64,000 bases of DNA, from the NCBI GenBank assembly GCA_030586555.1, contig JAURAC010000006.1:1-64000 (forward strand), written 5' to 3'. The stretch comes from Candidatus Subterrananammoxibius californiae (lineage in GTDB: Bacteria > Planctomycetota > Brocadiia > Brocadiales > Subterrananammoxibiaceae). This document shows positions 48,477-58,197 of the stretch, one piece after another (position 1 is the stretch's first letter; each line of letters begins with the position of its first letter). The position numbers were made by a program, and so were the translations under genes. The notes under the pieces are model-generated. The model was given only the letters and a program-made list of their open reading frames with translations, did no database searches and was not told the origin of the DNA.

Positions 48477-48542
48477 GGGGACACTTCCCATATTTTTTAA
48501 CAAGCCATCTATTCTTTATCGAAAAATATGGGAAGTGTCCCC
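48477..48542. repeat. Perfect 21-bp inverted repeat with a 24-nt spacer
   Basis: GGGGACACTTCCCATATTTTT ... AAAAATATGGGAAGTGTCCCC. Confidence 0.8.
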
Positions 48543-50108
48543 TCACTCTCCCTCGCTATGTATAAAGGCATGGGTAATCTCAGGATCGAACTGTCGTCCT
48601 GCAAAATTGCTAAGTTCTGATAACGCATCCTTTTTGGGTTTTGCTGGCCTATAAGGCCTTTCTGAAGTCATTGCGTCAAAGGCATCTACAACGGTCATAA
48701 TCCTTGTCAGGAGGGGAATTTCATGCCCCTTTAAGCCGTCGGGATAACCGCTTCCATCCCAGTGCTCATGATGATTCCTTATCAGATGTCTGATATCCTT
48801 GAGAAAATCTAATGGCTCAAGGATTTTCTCCCCTGTAACGGGATGCTGCTTTATTTTATCAAATTCACCGGTTGTGAGCCTGCCCGGCTTGTTTAGTATG
48901 CTCTCCGAGATTCCAATCTTGCCGATGTCGTGAAGCTGCGCTGCGTAGCGGAGCATGTCTTTTTCCTTTTTTGCCAGGTTTAGCGTATCTGCAATCCTTG
49001 AGGCATAATCCGTTACCCTTTGAGAATGTCCACTGGTATAGGGACACTTTGCATCAAGGCTTGAAGCAAGCGCCTTAACCGTATTAAAACAGTTTTCCTC
49101 GAGTGTTTCGTAAAGGCTGGCATTTTCCATGGCTATGCTTATAGGCGCCGCAAGGGTAACGAGCAGACTGACATCGGATTCCGAGAAGTCCTCTCCGGAC
49201 AACTTATCCACCGCATTTATAACCCCCAGAAGCTTCTTGTTCATTGAAAGTGGTGAAGAGACAAATGATTTGGTCTTATAAGGCAAGCGGTTTTTAGCCT
49301 TAAATCTTGAATCGGTATCTATATCTATCACAAGCACAGGCTCTCTATGTTTTGCAACCCATCCAGCAATTCCTTCGCCTATCTTCTCCCTTACGCCTAT
49401 AATTTGCTCACGCCTGTACCCCTTTGCCGCCTTAACAATAAGCTCATCGGTTTTCTCATCCAGGAGCATCACGGAACTATGGCTCACCTCGAGCCGGTCG
49501 TTAATCAGTTCTAAGCAGAGTCCGAGTAACTCCTCCAGGTCTAATACCGCAGTGATTGCCTTGCTAATCTGGTTTATCGTGGCGAGTTCATTTACACGTT
49601 GCCTGAGCCTCTTATTGCATTCATATAAATGCTGGCTCACTTCCTCCACCTTACCGGTTAACTTCTGCTTATGGAAAGAAAGTTCAATATTTGCTTCTTT
49701 CAGATGATGAAAGAGTTCCTTATTTTCCATAGCCATCTGGCGGGTATTTAACGTCTGCTTTACAACCTTCTTAAGTTCGTTAATATTAAAAGGTTTTGTT
49801 ATATAATCATCAACGCCGAACCTCAGGGCAAGGACTGCGTTTTCAACGGTTGCATAACCTGTAATCATCACAGTTGCCATATCAGGTCTGCCTTTTTTTG
49901 CCTGCCTTATTAACTCAAACCCATCCATCCCTGGCATCTTCAGGTCAGAAATCAGCAACTGATAATCGCATTTTTCAATCATATCAAGCGCCTCAATCCC
50001 CGAAAGAGAAGTGTCAATCCGGTACTGTTCGCGTTCGAGGAGTTCCTTGATAAATTGGCATATCCTCGGTTCGTCATCAACTACAAGTATTCTTGTTTGT
50101 TCATACAT
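48543..50108 (-). CDS. REC-GAF-HD-GYP cyclic-dinucleotide phosphodiesterase
   Basis: ILVVDDE/DLKMPG receiver; GAF domain; LHDIGKIG and HHEHWDGSGYP. Confidence 0.92.
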   Translation of the reverse strand: MYEQTRILVVDDEPRICQFIKELLEREQYRIDTSLSGIEALDMIEKCDYQLLISDLKMPGMDGFELIRQAKKGRPDMATVMITGYATVENAVLALRFGVDDYITKPFNINELKKVVKQTLNTRQMAMENKELFHHLKEANIELSFHKQKLTGKVEEVSQHLYECNKRLRQRVNELATINQISKAITAVLDLEELLGLCLELINDRLEVSHSSVMLLDEKTDELIVKAAKGYRREQIIGVREKIGEGIAGWVAKHREPVLVIDIDTDSRFKAKNRLPYKTKSFVSSPLSMNKKLLGVINAVDKLSGEDFSESDVSLLVTLAAPISIAMENASLYETLEENCFNTVKALASSLDAKCPYTSGHSQRVTDYASRIADTLNLAKKEKDMLRYAAQLHDIGKIGISESILNKPGRLTTGEFDKIKQHPVTGEKILEPLDFLKDIRHLIRNHHEHWDGSGYPDGLKGHEIPLLTRIMTVVDAFDAMTSERPYRPAKPKKDALSELSNFAGRQFDPEITHAFIHSEGE

Positions 50109-51219
50109 TACAGTTATTCCTTGGCCCGCATGAGGCGGAGGAAACATTATTTACTGGCAGGGTAATGGTGAATGTAGTGCCTTTGCCTTTTTCACTCTCT
50201 ACTGATAGAGCGCCGCCGTGGTTCTTGATAATTCTGTAGGAAACGCAAAGGCTCAGGTCCGTCTCTTCTCCCCCATTATTAATTGCATAGAACGGGTCAA
50301 AAATCCGACCGATTATATTTGAAGGAATTCCCGGGCCTGTGTCCTTAAAACTTATCTGTACAAGGTTAGAATTTTGTGCCTTTGTCACAACCTCGAGTTT
50401 ACCCTTGCCACGCATAGACCTTTTTGAATTGTTAACTATGTTCTTACAAGAGAGTTTCAATTGCTTGCTGTTGGCATTGATTTTTGGTAAATCAGGTTGT
50501 AAATTCTGGGTTACAATAATACCTGCATTTAGTTCATCCTTAGTAAGCGGAGTCAGCACCTCTTTTAAAAGGCTATTTAAGTCAACGGGTGTTTGGTCAG
50601 AATCCATCGGTTGGGCGAATGTTAGCAAATTCTTTACAAGGTCAGCAATGCGCTGTGCTTCTTCCTCCATTATGGCGTAAACACGAAAATTCTGGTTCTT
50701 CTCCCCGGCATCTGCAATAAGCATTTGAAGATGGCCGGAGATAGTTGTTAGAGGGTTATTAATCTCGTGGGCAATCCGTGTGGCTAAACGTTCCAAAGGC
50801 TGTTGCAATCCGCCTGAGGCGGATTGCGGAGTGCGGATTTCAGATTGCGGAATAACTTTGAACTCTCTTTGAACAATACAGTGTAATTCGCTTAAAGAAA
50901 GGGGTTTTAAAATATAGGAACTGGCGCCCTGTTCCAGCGCCTTTGTTGCTTTCTCACGATTTCCTATAGAGAAGGAAACCAAAATGCGTATACCCGGCTT
51001 GATTTCCCTTGCTGCATCAATAAATTGCATCTCCTTATTGCCGATGTCATCAATATCAAGGATGACCAGGTCAATTTTTTTCTCTGCAATCATGGAAATG
51101 GCACGAAAGAGATTAGATTCACTAAAGATGGTGTATCCTTCTTTAGATAACAGGTTAACAGCCATCTTCATGTTCGTGTCGTTTTCGTATACAGCAAGAA
51201 TTGCAGGATTAGAGGACAT
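50101..51219 (-). CDS. Hybrid REC-HisKA-HATPase with degenerate motifs
   Basis: AHEINNPL, DTGPGI, FDPF present; the G2 box reads ETDLSL. Confidence 0.85.
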   Translation of the reverse strand: MSSNPAILAVYENDTNMKMAVNLLSKEGYTIFSESNLFRAISMIAEKKIDLVILDIDDIGNKEMQFIDAAREIKPGIRILVSFSIGNREKATKALEQGASSYILKPLSLSELHCIVQREFKVIPQSEIRTPQSASGGLQQPLERLATRIAHEINNPLTTISGHLQMLIADAGEKNQNFRVYAIMEEEAQRIADLVKNLLTFAQPMDSDQTPVDLNSLLKEVLTPLTKDELNAGIIVTQNLQPDLPKINANSKQLKLSCKNIVNNSKRSMRGKGKLEVVTKAQNSNLVQISFKDTGPGIPSNIIGRIFDPFYAINNGGEETDLSLCVSYRIIKNHGGALSVESEKGKGTTFTITLPVNNVSSASCGPRNNCNV

Positions 51220-51265
51220 TTTTTATTACCCGAACTTGTAGGGGCAGGTTTGAAACCTGCCCCTA

Positions 51266-52318
51266 CTACCTATCTAAAAGAGGCGCCAATAGTGGCAAAG
51301 TAACGGTAATTACCGTTCCTTCTCCCACCGTACTTTTTAGACTCAATCTTCCTTCATGTTCTTCAATAATTTTTTTGCAAACAAAGAGGCCAAGTCCTGT
51401 TCGGCGTACCTGTCCATTACTTGTATAAAAGGGTTCAAACACTTTATTAAGGTTTTCCGGGGGTATCCCACAGCCTGTATCTCGAATCTCCACTTCTACG
51501 TTGTTTCCTTCCGAATGACGCATGCTGACAGACAATTTGCCCCCGTTTGGCATCGCATCCCTTGCATTTTGTATCAGATTAAGGAAGAGTTGCTTTAGCT
51601 TGTACGGGTCGGCAAACACCCTTATTGATGCAGGGATTGAAGTAGGGGCAGGTTTTAAACCTGCCCCTACCAGCTCTGCGGGCTCGAAATTCTTCACAAT
51701 TTCAATATTTTCCACCCTCATCTGGTATCCAACCAATAGTAGCACATCTTCGAGTACCTTTTTCAGGTCAACCTCCCTTTTCTCAGAGGCTCGCTGCGCT
51801 GCAAAGTCCAGGAGTTCATTTACTATCTTTGAAATTCGTTCAGATTCTTCGGTGAGCATTCTGAAGGTAAGTTTTTTTGGGTCTGTTTCTGGCAACTCGG
51901 CAGAAAGCATCTGTAAATAACCTGATACATAAGTTAGTGGATTCCTGATTTCATGAGCTATGCCAGCGATTATCTCGTTAAGGCAGAGTATCTTATTCAG
52001 TTGAACAAATGAGTAAAATTTGCCTGTATCTTCCGCTCTCCTGACCGCTATCAAAAAGCCGTTCGTATCCTTTCCAAAGTATTTATAAACGGTCAGTTCA
52101 AACGTTTTGTCATCTTTCGTTACGATGTGTCTTTCCGGATATGTGCTATCATCCTTGGGGAATATGCTCACAGGGAACAACTCGTACCAGTGTCTGCCTA
52201 ATATGATATTGTTAATTCCCAGTCCCTTCATGCCTTCGCTGAAGGCGTTTACGACCCCATTCTCATCGGCCACGAGGATGCCAAAAGGCACCTCAATCTC
52301 AGTTAAAGAGTCTGGCAT
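51266..52318 (-). CDS. PAS-like domain histidine kinase
   Basis: AHEIRNPL, NLIQNA, DTGCGI, TGLGL; in-frame REP at 51642-51670. Confidence 0.9.
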   Translation of the reverse strand: MPDSLTEIEVPFGILVADENGVVNAFSEGMKGLGINNIILGRHWYELFPVSIFPKDDSTYPERHIVTKDDKTFELTVYKYFGKDTNGFLIAVRRAEDTGKFYSFVQLNKILCLNEIIAGIAHEIRNPLTYVSGYLQMLSAELPETDPKKLTFRMLTEESERISKIVNELLDFAAQRASEKREVDLKKVLEDVLLLVGYQMRVENIEIVKNFEPAELVGAGLKPAPTSIPASIRVFADPYKLKQLFLNLIQNARDAMPNGGKLSVSMRHSEGNNVEVEIRDTGCGIPPENLNKVFEPFYTSNGQVRRTGLGLFVCKKIIEEHEGRLSLKSTVGEGTVITVTLPLLAPLLDR

Positions 52319-52343
52319 ATTTCCTTTCGCTCACATGATGCGG

Positions 52344-52523
52344 CACGGACAAACAAGTTTGTCCATGCCACCCATAATGAATATTAACCATACATTAAAA
52401 AATTAAAATGTCAACCAAATTCTCTTACTTTTTGGAAAAAGCGGTAGACAACGAACTTTATGTTCGTTGTGTCGAAGAGCCACCTAAGGCGGACATCAAC
52501 GAGGTAAAACCTCGTTGTCTACC
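52344..52523. repeat. REP cluster
   Basis: GGTGGCATGG copy at 52344-52372; GGTAGACAACG doublet 52443-52523 enclosing a 15-mer variant at 52479. Confidence 0.8.
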
Positions 52524-52540
52524 GGCTTGAAAAAAGTGGG

Positions 52541-53218
52541 TTAGTGGAGAATAATGACCATAATGCCTATAAAAATAAGTATAGCCCCTACAAGCTCTCT
52601 TTCATACCGTTCGAGTCTTTCAAATTTTAACCTTTGTACGCCCCGATAGGCAAAGGTAGTCAGGGCAAGCATCCCCAAAAGGGTTGATGTAGTAAGGATA
52701 ATCGCCATAGTAAGCAAGATGCCCCAACTCATAGCGCTTGCCGCTAAAAAGATTGGTAAAGCCGCCTCACAAGGGGAAAAGCACAGCATAGTAAAAAGCG
52801 ATGTAGTGGCAACCTTGTCTGACAAATAATGGGCAGAATCGCTGGTGCCCTCAAAGCGGGTACTTGCTATCTTTGGCATGGAATGTACCGCGTGGGTTTG
52901 CAATCTAACTCGACGCCATCTGCTCAGGACTACGTAAGCAATACCGAGGATAATCAATATAATCCCCGTCAGGTATACTATACGGCTTTCAACATACCTT
53001 GTGACTTGGTATCCCATTACTGCCACTACAAAGCCAATAACACAGGTTATTATAGAGTGCCCGAGGCTCGCTATACCAGTAATCGTAAGCATCCTTGTTA
53101 TGCTCCAGCCCTGTGCCTTGCTGACGAGTACAAATGGCATCCAGTGATTGGGCATCACAGCGTGCAAAAGAGCCACGCCAAAGGTTGCAGCAATTAGGCC
53201 TATGGTCGTCTGGTACAT
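52541..53218 (-). CDS. NiCoT/RcnA-like membrane protein
   Basis: LLHAVMPNHWMPF; GHS; SPCEA; several TM segments. Confidence 0.7.
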   Translation of the reverse strand: MYQTTIGLIAATFGVALLHAVMPNHWMPFVLVSKAQGWSITRMLTITGIASLGHSIITCVIGFVVAVMGYQVTRYVESRIVYLTGIILIILGIAYVVLSRWRRVRLQTHAVHSMPKIASTRFEGTSDSAHYLSDKVATTSLFTMLCFSPCEAALPIFLAASAMSWGILLTMAIILTTSTLLGMLALTTFAYRGVQRLKFERLERYERELVGAILIFIGIMVIILH

Positions 53219-53240
53219 AAATGAAATACCTCCGTAGAAA

Positions 53241-53442
53241 GTGATAAGTGCCGAGGTGATAGTGGCAAGTGAAAAAATGTTCCATTGGTTTGATTGGTTA
53301 AATTGGTTAAACCAATAAAACTAATTGAACTGTATATTTTGACTAACACCTTACCACTCGTCACTCGTCACTAAAAGTTCGTTGTCTACCGAAAACCCCT
53401 GATTCCTGAACCCCTGATTTAATCAGGGGCAGGAACAGGTTT
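53241..53442. repeat. Compound repeat patch (heptamer and nonamer arrays, half REP, filled TTCCTGAACC element)
   Basis: ATTGGTTAA-type array; (CACTCGT)n; CCCCTGATTTAATCAGGGG hairpin. Confidence 0.65.
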
Positions 53443-53620
53443 TCGGATTGACACAATACTATCCCCATGTATTTATTATGTCAAGTTTAAAAGCAGGATA
53501 GGCTTGCTGCGAAATAACGTTGTTGCGGATTATATTTTGGGCTTGACAGTGTGATTCCATTTAGGTAGGATTTTACGATATTATCGTGCTTACTTTTTTA
53601 AAAGAGAGGAGATACTGGTC

Positions 53621-53746
53621 ATGTCAGAAGATTTTAAGGTAGCATTGGGACTTGCACTAACTATGAGCCTTTTTGGTTTATTCGGGTTCCTGCCATCCAT
53701 ATTACATCTTGTACGTGGAATACTCAAAAAACTTGAAGAAAAGTAG
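53621..53746 (+). CDS. Unannotated 41-aa single-TM protein upstream of gdhA
   Basis: TTGACA(53543)-17-TAGGAT promoter; SD GAGGAG; MSEDFKVALGLALTMSLFGLFGFLPSILHLVRGILKKLEEK. Confidence 0.65.
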   Translation: MSEDFKVALGLALTMSLFGLFGFLPSILHLVRGILKKLEEK

Positions 53747-53755
53747 CACTGAAAG

Positions 53756-55033
53756 ATGATTCTTCCTGCACACGATATGGAGCCGACCTCGTGGGAAAAT
53801 GCACTCAGGCAGTTTAACGAGGCGGCAAAAATTCTTGGGTTAGACAGTAATTTACTCGAGATCCTGACAAATCCGAAGCTAATCATTCAAGTCTCAATCC
53901 CTGTTCGGATGGATGACTGCTCTGTGAAGGTATTTCAGGGCTTCCGGGTTCAATTCAACGATTTCCCAGGACCGACGAAAGGGGGGATAAGATTCCACCC
54001 CGAAGTTACCTTAGACGAGGTTAAGGCATTGGCATTCTGGATGACGTGGAAGAATATCATTGCCGACATCCCTTACGGGGGTGCAAAAGGGGCAGTTGTT
54101 TGCGATACCAAGACCTTATCCGAAACCGAGCTCGAACGGCTCAGCCGTGGGTATGTGCAGGCTATACGAAAATTTATTGGACCGAGAGACGACATACCAG
54201 CCCCGGATGTCTATACCAATGAAACCATAATGGCATGGATGATGGATGAATATAGCAAGTTAGTTGGGCATAATGTCTATGGAGTGTTTACGGGCAAACC
54301 AGTCGAACTCGGCGGTTCAGAGGGCAGGATTGAGGCAACGGCAAGGGGCGGGTTTTTTGTCCTCAGGGAGGCGCTCAAGAAAAAACGGCTGAAAGGTCAA
54401 AGGATAGCCATTCAAGGTTTTGGCAACGTCGGTTCTGAAATGGCACGGATACTCTTTGAAAACAGTTTCAAGGTTATCGCCGTTTCGGATTCAAAAGGTG
54501 GCATCTACAAAGAAGATGGCATAGATATTAATAATCTGTTAGCCTTTAAAAAAGAAACCAACAGTGTAACCGGGTTCAAACGTTGCAAAGCCATTACGAA
54601 TGAAGAACTACTTGAAATTAATTGCGACATCCTCATCCCCGCAGCGCTACAAAATCAAATAACCGATGCAAATGCAAAAAACATCAAGGCGGGCATTGTG
54701 TTAGAACTTGCAAATGGACCCCTTACAGCCGAAGCGAGAAGAATCCTGTACGATAAAGGAATATTAGTTGTGCCTGACATGCTTGCCAATTCAGGCGGGG
54801 TAACGGTTAGCTATTTTGAATGGGTTCAAAATAATATCGGATATTTCTGGGATAGAGCCACGGTGGAAACCGAACTCGAAAAAAAGATGGTTAAAGCCTT
54901 TAATAACATCTATGAGACCTCAAAGGATTTCAACGTTAACCTGGGGACGGCAGCCTACATCTTTGCCGTGCAAAAGATGGTAAGGATAATTGAGCTAAGA
55001 GGGTTTTATAAACACGGGGTGTGCAAATACTGA
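53756..55033 (+). CDS. gdhA: Glu/Leu/Phe/Val dehydrogenase, glutamate dehydrogenase-like
   Basis: KGGIRFHP, MTWKN, GGAKG, DIPAPDV, QGFGNVG and SYFEWVQN motifs. Confidence 0.93.
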   Translation: MILPAHDMEPTSWENALRQFNEAAKILGLDSNLLEILTNPKLIIQVSIPVRMDDCSVKVFQGFRVQFNDFPGPTKGGIRFHPEVTLDEVKALAFWMTWKNIIADIPYGGAKGAVVCDTKTLSETELERLSRGYVQAIRKFIGPRDDIPAPDVYTNETIMAWMMDEYSKLVGHNVYGVFTGKPVELGGSEGRIEATARGGFFVLREALKKKRLKGQRIAIQGFGNVGSEMARILFENSFKVIAVSDSKGGIYKEDGIDINNLLAFKKETNSVTGFKRCKAITNEELLEINCDILIPAALQNQITDANAKNIKAGIVLELANGPLTAEARRILYDKGILVVPDMLANSGGVTVSYFEWVQNNIGYFWDRATVETELEKKMVKAFNNIYETSKDFNVNLGTAAYIFAVQKMVRIIELRGFYKHGVCKY

Positions 55034-55047
55034 ATTTGAGGTGTAAA

Positions 55048-55791
55048 ATGGGAATACAGGGAAAAACTGCCATCGTTACTGGTGGAACAAGAGGCATCGG
55101 AAAGGCTATCGTTCTGGAGCTTGCCAGGCAGGGCGCAAATGTTGCTTTTACCTACGTTAAGAGCGCAGAACAGGCAAATGCCCTTGCAGGTGAGATAAGC
55201 AAGGATGGCATGAGGGCCATGGCGGTGCAAAGCGACTCATCCAATTTTAACCAATCAAAACAAATGGTGGACGGCGTAATAAAGAATTTTGGCAGGGTGG
55301 ACGTACTCGTTAATAATGCAGGTATCACAAGAGATAAGGCGCTTATGATGATGTCAGAGGAGGACTGGCGCCAGGTTATAGACACAAACCTCACCGGAGT
55401 ATTCAACTGTACCCGCGCCGTCATTGTCCCCATGATGAAGCAAAAGAGCGGTTCTATTATAAATATTACATCTGTAAGCGGTGTCGTAGGTATGGCGAGA
55501 CAGGTAAATTATTCATCCTCAAAGGCAGGGATAATTGGCTTCACAAAAGCCCTTGCAAAGGAAGTGGCAAGATATGGGATAACGGTTAACTCCGTTGCGC
55601 CTGGTTTTATAGAAACCGAAATGGTCGAGGTGTTAGATAAGAAGTACCTTGAGGAGATATTGAGGTTTGTCCCCATGGGTCGTATGGGAAAAGCCGAAGA
55701 GGTTGCCGAGGTCGTCTCATTCTTAATTTCTGATGCGGCAAGATACATCACTGGACACGTACTTAATGTTGACGGCGGAATGGCGATGTAA
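55048..55791 (+). CDS. fabG: 3-oxoacyl-ACP reductase
   Basis: TGGTRGIG, NNAGITRD, NYSSSKAG and VAPGFIET motifs. Confidence 0.9.
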   Translation: MGIQGKTAIVTGGTRGIGKAIVLELARQGANVAFTYVKSAEQANALAGEISKDGMRAMAVQSDSSNFNQSKQMVDGVIKNFGRVDVLVNNAGITRDKALMMMSEEDWRQVIDTNLTGVFNCTRAVIVPMMKQKSGSIINITSVSGVVGMARQVNYSSSKAGIIGFTKALAKEVARYGITVNSVAPGFIETEMVEVLDKKYLEEILRFVPMGRMGKAEEVAEVVSFLISDAARYITGHVLNVDGGMAM

Positions 55792-55794
55792 GAC

Positions 55795-55870
55795 GTGAGG
55801 TGAAGAGGCAAAAAGGCTAAAAGACAAAAAAAGGACCTATTAACCTTTTAACTTCTTAGCCTTTTAGCCT
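55795..55870. repeat. Inverted octamer arrays
   Basis: Same family as 942-1021. Confidence 0.7.
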
Positions 55871-55881
55871 AAGGAGATACT

Positions 55882-56223
55882 ATGTTATTCCTCGTAAAGG
55901 TAGAAATCGAGCAATTGCCAAAGATTCCAATGACAGACTTCTTTGAACTGGTAATTAAGGAATGGGAATATTTTGAAAGGATGAAAAACAAGGGCAAGGT
56001 GCTTGCCGGGGGCAAACTGGCAGGAAGAAGGGGGGCTGCCGCCGTATTTGATGCAGAAAATAACGAGGAGATAGAAAAGTTAGTCGTTCAATTGCCACTA
56101 TTCCCCTACTTTACAAACATTGAAATTACCCCGCTCGTGCCGCAGGAAAAGGCACTTCAGGATACAAAGAGGATGTACGAGCTAATAAAGAGGGCAGAAG
56201 TTATAAGAACAAAGGATGCTTAA
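55882..56223 (+). CDS. Muconolactone isomerase/YciI-like dimeric alpha/beta barrel protein
   Basis: MLFLVKV...AVFDAE..E....LPLFPY..IEITPL. Confidence 0.7.
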   Translation: MLFLVKVEIEQLPKIPMTDFFELVIKEWEYFERMKNKGKVLAGGKLAGRRGAAAVFDAENNEEIEKLVVQLPLFPYFTNIEITPLVPQEKALQDTKRMYELIKRAEVIRTKDA

Positions 56224-56516
56224 TTAGACTTACGAATCTTTTTTAAGGCAAACATACAAAGTACCGTAATACAAAAAACAATTAACGTCCCGGCAATCCC
56301 GGCAAGGGCTGTTGAAATTCTTGTATTTCTAACAAACGGCGTTTCATAATCAGGCAGGGGAGCTTTAGTAATCTCCTTTTCCTTCACAACGAATCCTAAT
56401 TTCCCAACCACCCATTCCAAACCGTCCGGCAGGGAAGAGGCAAAGGGAGAAATAATGCCTGCCAAACCTAATGAAATCAATAACCCTATTAGAATAATCT
56501 TCGTTCCTTGCCTCAT
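56220..56516 (-). CDS. PDGLE-domain Ni/Co ECF component (NikN-like)
   Basis: ASSLPDGLE and APLPDY motifs. Confidence 0.88.
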   Translation of the reverse strand: MRQGTKIILIGLLISLGLAGIISPFASSLPDGLEWVVGKLGFVVKEKEITKAPLPDYETPFVRNTRISTALAGIAGTLIVFCITVLCMFALKKIRKSN

Positions 56517-56525
56517 GTGATGTCG

Positions 56526-56640
56526 CCCCCTCACCCTATCCCTCCCCCTCGAGGGGGAGGGTGACATGGATAAACTTGTTTATCCGTGTCCGCCTGAGGT
56601 GGATTGGGCAGCACGGACAAACACAGTTTGTCCATGCCAC
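56526..56640. repeat. Composite REP cluster
   Basis: C/G-run element fused to a GGTGGCATGG doublet with a 15-mer at 56589. Confidence 0.8.
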
Positions 56641-56649
56641 TCCATTTTA

Positions 56650-57285
56650 CTATATCTTTTGAATCTCAAGTAAATCTGGCCGTACTTTCATAATAAAACT
56701 TAACGCCGCACAGGTGATTAAACCTTCAACCACCCCAATTATAGTATGTGTGCCAACCATAGCTATAAGTGTTACCTTTAAAGGCACTGTGCCAGATAAG
56801 GCGAGTTCAAATGCACAGCAAGCAGATGCGCTAATTATAGAAAACCATGCGCCTATCCCTGCGCCAACAAAAAAGCCTTTTTTATCACCAATAAGGTTTC
56901 TTATAGCGTAAAAGAAATAATATCCTATGAACCCAGCCACCACACCCATATTAAAAATATTTGCCCCTAAAGCCGTAAGCCCGCCATCTTGAAATACAAA
57001 GCACTGAACTGAAAGGATGGTCGTCATAATAAGAACCGCCGCCCACGGACCAACAAGAATAGCGAGTAAAGCTGCGCCCATAAAGTGTCCGCTTGTACCC
57101 CCTGCCACTGGGAAATTTAGCATCTGTGCGGCAAAGACAAATGCCGATAAAACCCCTAAAACGGGAATGTGTTTTTCTGTGAGCCTTCTATTGGCAATCA
57201 TCACAACAGCTGTTATTGTTCCAGCAGAAATTCCCATCATAGGAATCCATATCTTTGCTGCAAGGAAACCATCTGGTAGGTGCAT
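56650..57285 (-). CDS. cbiM: ECF Ni/Co S-component CbiM/NikM
   Basis: MHLPDGFL N-terminus; GGTSGH; DGGLTALGAN. Confidence 0.92.
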   Translation of the reverse strand: MHLPDGFLAAKIWIPMMGISAGTITAVVMIANRRLTEKHIPVLGVLSAFVFAAQMLNFPVAGGTSGHFMGAALLAILVGPWAAVLIMTTILSVQCFVFQDGGLTALGANIFNMGVVAGFIGYYFFYAIRNLIGDKKGFFVGAGIGAWFSIISASACCAFELALSGTVPLKVTLIAMVGTHTIIGVVEGLITCAALSFIMKVRPDLLEIQKI

Positions 57286-57392
57286 TTCTAAAACCTCGTG
57301 CTTTTTTGAAAAAGAGTATAAAAGTTCACCATCCCTTAATCCCCTCCTTGGTAAGGAGGGGACAAAGGGGAGGTCTTAAGACAGATTGAAGT

Positions 57393-58193
57393 TTATTCCC
57401 TATTCTCGTGGTCGTGCTCGTGAAGATGCGCATGTTCGTGTTCCACAACAAACCTTTCATGACGATGCCTGTGCTGATGAATAAGGTTATTCTTTAAGAG
57501 AAGTTCTTGGTTTGATAAAATTTCTTTAAAAGGTCCGTCAGCTACAATAGTCTTTTCTTCACTGAGCACACAAACCCTATCAGCAATCTCTGATACCATG
57601 TGAAGGTCATGGCTTGTGGCAAGGATTGTTTTACCCTGGTCTTTTAACACGTACAAGATTTCAATCAATTCCGTGCAACTCCTGGGGTCAAGACCGCCTG
57701 TGGGTTCGTCCATTAATAATATTTGAGGCTTCATGGAGAGCAGGGTCGCAATAGCGACCCTCTTCTTTTCCCCAAAGCTAAGATGATGCGAAGGCCTGGA
57801 CTCAACTTTCTCCATCCTAACCAACGCTAAGGCATTTCTGGATTCCTGCAATACAACATCTCTATCCCACCCTAAATTTACGGGACCAAATGCAACGTCG
57901 TCAAGCACCGTAGGACAAAACAACTGGTCGTCAGGGTTTTGAAAAACCAAGCCCATCTCCTTCCTTATGGTTCTCAAATTTTTATCATTAAGGACGTTTC
58001 CAAGGATCTCAATCTCACCTCTACCGCGCAGGATACCTATTAGGTTTAAAAGCAAGGTGGATTTACCTGTTCCGTTAGCGCCTATAATAATAACCGTCTC
58101 GCCCTTCGCCACGTCAAGATTTATATCCTGCAGTCCTACGGTCTTATCCGGGTAGGTATAAAATAGATGTCCAACTTTTATAGCTTCTGACAT
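57393..58193 (-). CDS. cbiO: ECF ATPase CbiO/NikO with a His-rich tail
   Basis: GANGTGKS, FQNPDDQLF, LSFGEKKR, DEPT. Confidence 0.92.
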   Translation of the reverse strand: MSEAIKVGHLFYTYPDKTVGLQDINLDVAKGETVIIIGANGTGKSTLLLNLIGILRGRGEIEILGNVLNDKNLRTIRKEMGLVFQNPDDQLFCPTVLDDVAFGPVNLGWDRDVVLQESRNALALVRMEKVESRPSHHLSFGEKKRVAIATLLSMKPQILLMDEPTGGLDPRSCTELIEILYVLKDQGKTILATSHDLHMVSEIADRVCVLSEEKTIVADGPFKEILSNQELLLKNNLIHQHRHRHERFVVEHEHAHLHEHDHENRE

Positions 58194-58197
58194 AGCC

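Noticed and set aside
52874..52895. TGGCATGG match in the NiCoT-like gene as another REP insertion
   Set aside because: Only the first 9 nt match and there is no palindrome.
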